A stretch of DNA of 63,117 nucleotides, counting the filler, from Conidiobolus incongruus B7586 (Eukaryota), in the NCBI GenBank assembly GCA_000697335.1. It is 9 parts of 9 records of this genome, joined end to end, with 100 filler letters (N's around TTAATTAATTAA, not from the genome) between each part and the next. Parts side by side here need not be neighbours in the genome. Positions count along the whole stretch, not along the records: positions 54,200 to 58,272 come from JNEM01006414.1; positions 58,373 to 61,471 come from JNEM01006417.1; positions 61,572 to 63,117 come from JNEM01006425.1; 6 more parts are not named here. One strand, given 5' to 3'. Below the pieces are notes generated by a model, which had not been told where the DNA came from, did no database searches, and was given only the letters and a program-made list of their open reading frames with translations. The position numbers were made by a program, and so were the translations under genes. Shown here in pieces: positions 54,200 to 63,117 of the stretch (position 1 is its first letter; every line of letters starts with the position of its first letter).

Positions 54200-55324
54200 T
54201 TTAAATATAATTAATCTAAAAAATAACTATCAAAATTTTTTATATCATTATTAATAAAACTTAAACATAAACTTTTAAAATCATTTAAAATTTATAAGCA
54301 GCTTTTAATAATAAAGTATTATCTAAATCAATAATTTATTGCTAAGTTAATTATTTTAAAACTTGGAAAAAATTACCCAAAACCTGTTAAAATTTAAAAG
54401 ATTAATTTCAATTATCATTTTTCTAATTATTAATATAATAAAAAACATATTAACAAGCATATTTTTATATTAGTTAGAGAATTATTAAGGGATTTTAATA
54501 TTATTTATAAAAGTATTTTATATATATTAAAGATTAAAATAAAATTAATTAATAAAAATATAAAATAAATATCTTATAATTTAACTAAAGCTTAAAAAAA
54601 GCTAGAGTAGCTATTATTAAATAAAATTTACTAAAGTATAGCTAAAAACCAAAGTTTTTAGAACAAATTATTATAATTGATGAATCTTGGATTTCTTTTT
54701 ATAATCCTTTATCAAAACATAAATCAAGGTGTTAGATTAAGTTAAATCAACCTTTTTTATAAATTCCTTTAAATAAGCACTTTGTTAATAAATGAACATT
54801 AATTATTATAGTGGATTATAATAACTTATGTTATTTTTATTTAATTCTTAAACAAAAATCAATTAATTGTAAACTTTATATTTTTTTTAAATAAAACTAT
54901 TTCTAATTGGTATTCTTGATATAATTTGAGAAAACCTATTATTTTGCATGATAATTACAAAATACATAAATCTAAAGTTATAAAAAACATTTTAATCAAA
55001 AATTACTGGAAAGAACTATCATATCTAGTATATTTCTTAGATTATAACCTATGTGATTATAGTTGTTTTAGGTAATTAAAATACCAGCTTATAGGAAAGA
55101 AAATTTCTATAGGAAAATTTAATTAATTTCTGAAATATTATATTTCAGTCTTTAATAAAAAGAACTATTTTTTAGATTTTAGATCTTTGCTAAAAGTATA
55201 GCAAAAAGTTATTAGAAATAAAGAAAATTATTAGTTTTATAATATATATTGATTTTTACTATTTATATATTAAAATATTTTTTTTCAATTGCAAAAAATT
55301 CATATTATTGAAATTAAAAAATAA
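54200..55324 (+). mobile_element. mariner copy, nearly the whole transposase region plus 3' TIR
   Basis: Encodes IDESWISFYNPLSKHKSRC* and ILHDNYKIHKSK; TIR ends at 55324 followed by TA. Confidence 0.92.
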
Positions 55325-57549
55325 TATTATTAAATAAAAATATTAAATTCTAAACTCATCAATCATATATAATTTAAAATATATTTATTTTTAAAAAATA
55401 TTATCTATTTATATATATATATATATAATAATATTTATCATATTAACTTTAGCTATCAAAATAAGATTTAAATTGATTTTTCAAAATTATAGAAAATATT
55501 ATCAATTGAAATACAACGACAATTTATGCAAATACAAGAATATAAAATTAGATGATTTTATCTTAAAATAACTTTATTTGAAAATATAATAAACCTAATC
55601 AAATTTTATTAATTTAGTTTATTTATATATTTTAATTATTATCAATTAAAATTTAACTATATTATATATATATAATCAAAAATTAATTTATATTTTAACT
55701 TTTTATAATTATTCTAATAAATTATATTTTATATTTTAATAATTATTGAAATTATTAAGCAATTTATTTTAAAAGTTGCATTTTTAATTTATTTTTTAAT
55801 TTGTTAAATTAAAATAAATAATACAATATATTAAAATATTTTTTATTAATATATTTTAACCAAAATATCAAAATAAATAATATTTCAAAATTATCAATTA
55901 TAATTAGTTATAAATTATTATTATGTGATATTATTAATATTTCATATCTTACTATTACTGATGGGAAATAATCTTGTCAATCACTTAAGGAACTATGATC
56001 ACCATATTGAATCAAGGAGCCACATTGGAGAACACCCATTCCCTGAACTCTAATATAAGATTATCACCAATAAACTAATAAATAAATCTCTTTTATCATA
56101 ATTTTAAAAGTATCCAGTTTCTAAGCTTTTCTCTTAACCCTCACAATAGTGTTGAGTCGTGATGAGCATGAAATATTTACTTTATACGCATGACCTAATT
56201 TAATGTAAGCCATTTTCATCTCGTTTGGTGAATCCCATTAATTTCTGCTAACTCTGTGGTAACCTATCGTTTACCACTGGCGATTCCATATTTAAGCTCT
56301 AAAAGTCTATCGCCCCCACAATTAAGGTTGTCATTAGCATAGAATATAAAGATCTGTTTAAATAAATTAATTTTTTTCTCAAATTTACTATATAAAAATA
56401 TTCTATTCCATTATTATATATTTAATTATTATAAGGTTAATATTAATAAATGAATTAAGCTATATATCAAATGGTTATATTAAATGATAGATTATTTATT
56501 TATGTTTATTATATTATTCTTAATTGATTTTTTAAAAAGTTATTTTTAATTTAATATAAAAATAAAAAATCAAAATATTTAAGTCAAAAAAATTAAATCA
56601 ACTTTAATAATATAATAAGTTATAAAAGAAATTAAAACTACCATATAATATATTAATGATTAAATAAAAAATCAATTTAGATTACTATAAGACTTGATTT
56701 ATTATGACCGAATCAAATTAATATAATATCAAGTTTATTTACGTTGTAAATATATTAGTTATTATAATATTTTGAGATCCCAATGAGCTACTCTTGACAT
56801 CATTTCTAAGCTCGGGTTTCTATACTACAAGGAGCCTTTACCTTAATTGACCATTACTTGCCATTTGTGTTATAATATTGCAAGTAACCTTTGCATATAA
56901 AATTATTTCCAATCCTTAATAACTTTCCTATATCAGAATCAATTTTAATGACTGAATCCAATACCTTTTAATTCTTAACCAAGTATTATTCCAAATACCA
57001 TTTTAGCCAATAAACCCTCAAATACACTTACCTATTATTAGGTAATAATAACAGCCATTCTTCTTCACATTAAGTTATCCACAATATTTATAGAAAAAAA
57101 ATACTATATATATATATATTAACTTAAAGATCAAATATTTTATAAAAAATTATTTTTGATAATTATTAGCAATTTCAAAGTAAAACTTTGAATTGTTTAA
57201 TTAACAATATCGATATTATTTGTTTGATATTTAATATTAATCAAATTTTATTTTTTAAATTAAAATAAAAAAATTAAATTATATAAAAAATTAACACATA
57301 GTTATTTAGAACTATAAAAATAAATGTAAACTATTATCTTATCTAAAAACATATAATTAATATATTATGATATAAGAGAATCATTAATATCAAATCATTA
57401 TATTATAAATTAAACAAAAAATATTAATTAAAAATATATTAATTTAACAATTTTATATTTATTAAACTATTATTAAAGTTAAAAACCTATTATATAATAT
57501 TTTTTATAAGTTTAAAAATTTAAAGAATATAATATATTTATTTATATTA

Positions 57550-58272
57550 TTAATTTATAATTTTAATAATGGCAATTATTTAAGATTGAAAAAAATAAAC
57601 ATATTAATATATAAAAAATAAAAATAAGTATATATTATAAAATTAATAATTTTTTTTATTTCTAATAACTTTTTCTATATTTTTGATAAAGTTCTAATAT
57701 TTAAAAAATATTTTTTTATTTAAAACTAAAATTTAATATTTTATAAACTAATTAAATTTTTTGAAAAAATTTTCTCTATAAGTTAATATTTTAATTATCT
57801 AAAACTATTATAATAATATAGGTTATAATCTAAAAAATATATTAATTATGGTATTTTTTTTAATTATTTTTGATTAGAAAGATTTTTAGGATTTTAACCT
57901 TATGTATTTTATAATTATTATGTAAAATAATAGGTTTTTTTTAAATTATATTTAAAACACTTATTAAAAATAAATTTATTTAAAAAAATACTATAAAATT
58001 TATTATTAATTGATTTTTTTTTTTGAAAACTAAATAAGATTACCATATATTATCATAATCCATTATGATTATTCACATTTACTTATCAATATAATATTAG
58101 TTTAAAAAATTTATAAAAAAAGTTGATTTGATTTAATTTAATATTTTAATTTATATTTTAATATTGGATTAAAAAAAGTATTTAAGATTTATCAATTATA
58201 GAAATTTATTATAAAAATTTTTGTTTTTAGTTATATTTTAGTAAATTTTTAATAATAACTATTCTAACTTTT
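57550..58272 (-). mobile_element. Strongly decayed mariner copy, 3' half
   Basis: TIR TTAATTTATAATTTTAATAATGGCAA after TA; colinear with 3728-4465. Confidence 0.85.
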
Positions 58273-58372
58273 NNNNNNNNNNNNNNNNNNNNNNNNNNNN
58301 NNNNNNNNNNNNNNNNTTAATTAATTAANNNNNNNNNNNNNNNNNNNNNNNNNNNNNNNNNNNNNNNNNNNN
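58273..58372. other. Assembly linker
   Basis: 44 N + TTAATTAATTAA + 44 N. Confidence 0.97.
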
Positions 58373-58379
58373 TAATATA

Positions 58380-59760
58380 TACTAGTTTATAAATATATAT
58401 TATAAAATTAAAAATATAAATATTTCTATTAATATCTTAATCAATTCTAATTTAAATAAACTTATATCAAATTAGGTAATTAATATAAATTTCTTATTTA
58501 TAATATAATATATAAAGTTAAATTTAATTAATTATTAATTAATATTTCAAACTAAAAGTATATCTAAAATAAGTTATAAATTTGAAAATTTTAGTTTTAA
58601 TAGAAAAATTAATATCTAATATATCCATCTTTTGTTTTTTTAACTTTTTTAATTTTATAAGGTATAAAATCAACTATTTTCTTATATTAATCAAGACTAA
58701 TATTATTCAAAGCTTCTTAAATATACTTTTAAAATTAATTTAATTTTTTTTAAGAAAAAAGCTTTAATTAATTTATTTTAGTTGATTCCAAAAATTTTTA
58801 ATTAAATTAAGATTAAAAAATTAAGGAGGTTATTTTATAATAGTTATTTTGTTATTTTTAAGCTATTTAATAATAGAAATTATAATATAATAAAAAGCAT
58901 TATCTTGTTAAAAAATAATATTTGTTTTATTTAAGTTATATTACTTAATAGTTTTTTTAATTTATTATATAGAATATTTTAATATATCTCAACACTAATT
59001 CCTTTATTAACTTTATAAAAATATTTTATACTTGAAGATAAAAAATATTTTTAAACTATAATTAACTTATCATTATATTTTTGGATTATAATAACATAAT
59101 GTTTATAAAGTAGTTCTTTATTTTTTTTTGAAATATCTAGCTTTTTTATTAGATTTATTAAGATATATCTTTGTTTTATTAAATTGAATAACTTTATTTT
59201 AGTTAATATTAATTTAATTTTAATATTGACAATTTAAATCCTATTTAAGTTTATTATAAACTATTTTTAAATAGGGTTGTTTATTTTTAAAGTATAAGTA
59301 GTATTTATTTTAATATAAAACATATATAATAAAATTAATACTAATAAATATTCTTATATTGTTTTATAATTTTTATTATACTTATATAGTAGTATTATAC
59401 TTACTTATACTAATTAGTCTATAAATATATTTTTTATTATGTTTATCTATAATTTTAATATACTTAAGTTTTAATTTAAGTGTTTTTTTAATATTGTTTT
59501 TAATAACAATAGCTATAATAGATTATTTAGTACTAATAACTCTAATAATCTTATAAGTTAATTTATTTTTATTATAAAATTAATTAATATATAAGTAAAC
59601 TTTTTTAAAAAGAAATTTTAATATTATAATGTTACTTTTAAAATATTAGCTTAATAATTTTATAATATTTATAAAAATTATATATTTTATTAAATTTTTT
59701 TTATATTTTTATAAAAATATAAAATATTAGTATAATATATATTATTATGAAACTTTTTTT
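58380..59760 (-). mobile_element. Tc1 (DD34E) copy, decayed, 5' IR missing or unrecognisable
   Basis: Reverse-complement match to 60150-61471. K*PP*FFNLNLIKNFWNQLK (from WPPQSPDLNPIE.LW). End TACTAGTTTATAAA is a decayed CACTAGCCTGCAAA. Confidence 0.87.
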
Positions 59761-59907
59761 TTAATAATTCCATAGGTTTTGAAATAGATATTATTAATAT
59801 TAGAATTTATATTATTGGAAGATACTTTGAAAAATAAAAAAACTATAAAGATTTGATCAATATTAATACTCTAGAGTATATATAGACTTAAATAAAATAT
59901 CAAAATA

Positions 59908-61471
59908 CACTAGCCTGCAAAAGTAAGTTATAAAATCTAAATTACTTAAATATTTACCTATATCTTAAACAACTCTTAATTAAATAAATTTAAATGAAAA
60001 TATATAATTTACCAATATTAATTGATTATAGCTAACTATATTTGATGAAATTTCATTAGATATTGGTTAATATATCAAAACCTAAAATTTAACCAAGATG
60101 AGTTATAAATTTATAGGTTTATAAGTTAAGGGGGTATAAATAAAAAAACTTATATATATCTTTATTTTCTTTTTTTATATTATATATATTATAAAACTAT
60201 TAAGCTAATATTTAAAATTAATATTATAATACCTAAATCTCTCTCTAAAAAAGTTCACTTACATATTAATCAACTTTATAATAAAAATTAATCAACTTAT
60301 AAGATTGCTAGAATTACTAGTGTTAACCAATCTACTATAGCTAGGGTTATTAAGAATAATGCTAAAAAAACACCTAAACTAAAACTTAAGTATGTTAAAA
60401 TTATAAATAAAAATGATGAAAAGTATATTTGTAGATTAGTTAGTATAGGTAAGTGTAATATTACTATAGAAATGCAATAAGAATTATAAGACTATATAGG
60501 AATATTAGTTAGTACTAATACTATAATATATGCTTTATATTAAAATAAACACCACTTATATCTTAAGAAAAAACATCCCCAATTAAAAAAGTCTTATTAT
60601 AAGGTTAAACAAAAGTTTAAATATCAACACCAAAGTTAAACTAAAACTAACTAAAGTAAAGTTATTTAGTTTGATAAAACAAAGATATATTTTAATAAAT
60701 CTAATAAAAAAGCTAGATATATCAAAAAGGATAAAAAAAACCACTTTATAACCATTATGTTATTATAACCCAAAAATACAATTATAGGTTAATTATAGTT
60801 TAGAGATATATATTATCTTTAGGTATAAGGTATTTTTATAGGGTTAATAGGGGAATTAATGTTGAAATATACTAAAATATTTTAAACAATGAATTGAAAA
60901 AAACTATTGAGTGATATAGATTAAAAAAATTAAATATTATTTTGCAACAAGATAATACACCTTGTTATATTACAAATTCTATTATTAAATGGCTTATAAA
61001 TAACAAAATAATTATTATGAAATAACCTCCTTAATCTCTTAATCTTAACCCAATTAATTATCTTTAGGATTAACTAAAAAATCAATTAAAGTTTTCCCCC
61101 TAGCAAAAAATTTAAATCAACTTTAAAAGTATATTCAAGAAGCTTAGAATAATATTAGTTCTACCTAATATAAGAAGCTAGTTGACTTTATAGCCTATAG
61201 ACTTAAAGAAGTTAGAAAAGCAAAAGGTAGATATATTAGATATTAATTTTTCTATTAATATTAAAATTTTCAAATTTATAACTCATCTTTAATATACTTT
61301 TAATTTTAATATATCAATTAATAATTAAATAAAATTAACTTTATATATTATATTATGAATAAAAAATATAAATTAATTATATAGTTTAATATAAGTTTAC
61401 TTAAATTAAAATAAATTAAGATATTAATAGAAATATATATATTTTAATTTTATAACTTATTTTTGCAAGTT
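59908..61471 (+). mobile_element. Near full-length Tc1 (DD34E) transposon with ~200-bp IR-DR ends; transposase pseudogene 60229-61246
   Basis: TA + CACTAGCCTGCAAAAGTAAGTTATAAA. Decayed ORF (M>I)PKSLS...*SKVI*FDKTKI...LQQDNTPCY...K*PP*SLNLNPI...RKAKGRYIRY*. Confidence 0.93.
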
Positions 61472-61571
61472 NNNNNNNNNNNNNNNNNNNNNNNNNNNNN
61501 NNNNNNNNNNNNNNNTTAATTAATTAANNNNNNNNNNNNNNNNNNNNNNNNNNNNNNNNNNNNNNNNNNNN
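61472..61571. other. Assembly linker
   Basis: 44 N + TTAATTAATTAA + 44 N. Confidence 0.97.
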
Positions 61572-63117
61572 AACTTACAAAAATAAGTTATAAAATCAAA
61601 AACACTTATATTTTTACTAATAACTTAATTAATATTTAATCAAATAACCTTAAATTAAATAATTAAAATCTATTATATTTATTAATTATATATTTTATTA
61701 AATAATGATATTTAGTTATTAATTAGCTAAAATATAAACCTTCAAATTTTACCTAGGATAAATTATAAATTTATAGGTTTTTGATGATAAAAAAAATTAA
61801 AACTTAATGTATCTATCTTTAACTTTTCTAACTTCTTTAAGTTTGTGGGGTATAGAATCAATTAACTTCTTATATTAAGAAAAGTTAATTTTATTTTATA
61901 CTTCTTAAATATATCTTTAAAATTGATTTAAATTTTTTATTAGGGGGAAAACTTTAATAGCTTTTTTTAACTAATCCCAAAGGTATTTAATTAAATTAAA
62001 GTTAAGAATTTAAAAAAGCTATTTTATAACTATTATCTTGTTATTTTTAAGCTATTTAGTAATAAAAGTTATAATATAGTAAAAAATATTATCTTATTGG
62101 AAAATAATATTAAATTTATCTAACCTATATTATTTAATAGTTTTTTTTAATTTATTGTTTAAAATACTTTAGTATATTTTAGTATTAATTCCTTTATTAA
62201 CTTTACAAAGATATTTTATACCTAAAGATAATATATATCCTTAAACAATAATTAACCTATTATTATACTTTTAGGTAAAATTAACATAGTAATTATAAAG
62301 TAGTTTTGTATCTTTTCTAAAACATTTAACTTTTTTATTAGATTTACTAAAGTATATTTTTGTTTTATTAAACTAAATAACCTTACTTTAATTAATTTTA
62401 GTTTAATATTAGTAGTAATATTTAAACTCCCATCTAATTTTATAATAGGATTTTTTTAATTAAGGGTGTTTTTTCTTAAAATGTAAGTGGTATCTATATT
62501 AATATAAAACACATATAATAATATTAGTGTTAACTAATATTCTTATATAATTTTATAATTCCTACTATATTTTTATAATAGTACTATATTTACTTATACT
62601 AACTAACTTATAGATATACTTCTTATTATATTTATCTATAATTTTAACACACTTAAGTTTAAATTTAAATGTTTTTTATTACTATTTTTAACAGCTTTAA
62701 CTATAATAAACTAGCTAACACTAATAATTCTAGTAATATTATAAGTTGATATACTTCTTTTATAAAGTTAATTAATACATAAATAGATTTTTTTAGAGAG
62801 GGATTTAAATATAATAATACTAATAAAAAATTAAGTATATCTATAAAATATTATAAAAATAATAACAAAAAGAGAAAAAAATATAGTTATATATTGTTAA
62901 ATATATCTTTTTATCTTAAAAACCCACAAATTTATAATTTATCTTAGTTAAATATTAAAAGTTAATATTTTTGCTAATAGTTTACTAAATATATTTAAAT
63001 ATATTTATTTATTATTAAATAGTATATTTTAATTATATATTATAGTTTCAAGTAATCTAATATATTAAATTGTTTTAGTTATTAATTAAAATATATATAT
63101 TTTTAATTTTATAACTT
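61572..63117 (-). mobile_element. Third Tc1 copy, near full length
   Basis: Both IRs present (AACTTACAAAAATAAGTTATAAA ... ATTTTATAACTT). C-terminus reads LIKYLWD*LKKAIKVFP...DSIPHKLKEVRKVK. Confidence 0.9.

Noticed and set aside
53284..55324. Inverted mariner pair (and tail-to-tail Tc1 pair at 61471/61572) as a composite transposon
   Set aside because: Both junctions are assembly linkers, so orientation and adjacency are unverified.

Overview
Extremely AT-rich eukaryotic DNA with short GT-AG introns, almost certainly fungal. The gene content suggests an early-diverging lineage such as Conidiobolus-like Entomophthoromycotina (inference). Eight artificial 100-bp N/TTAATTAATTAA/N linkers split the window into nine contigs. 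Genes: two tandem 9-exon cytochrome P450s (one has ACG where its paralog has ATG), tRNA-Arg(ACG), intron-containing tRNA-Tyr(GTA), a SAM-domain tail-anchored protein, PMP3 (missed by the ORF track), a Pac2/Gti1 WOPR factor, a 7TM GPCR-like protein and an SREBP-type bHLH factor whose stop is followed by a 60-codon in-frame extension beginning with a transmembrane-like segment. Mobile DNA: a chromodomain Ty3/Gypsy element with a mariner nested in its integrase, six copies of one DD34D mariner family, and three Tc1 copies with long IR-DR ends. All transposon copies are degraded by C->T/G->A transitions, and the larger ones have no CpG by eye, while genes are spared. This RIP-like or methylation-driven genome-defence signature is the strongest candidate for an undescribed system here.
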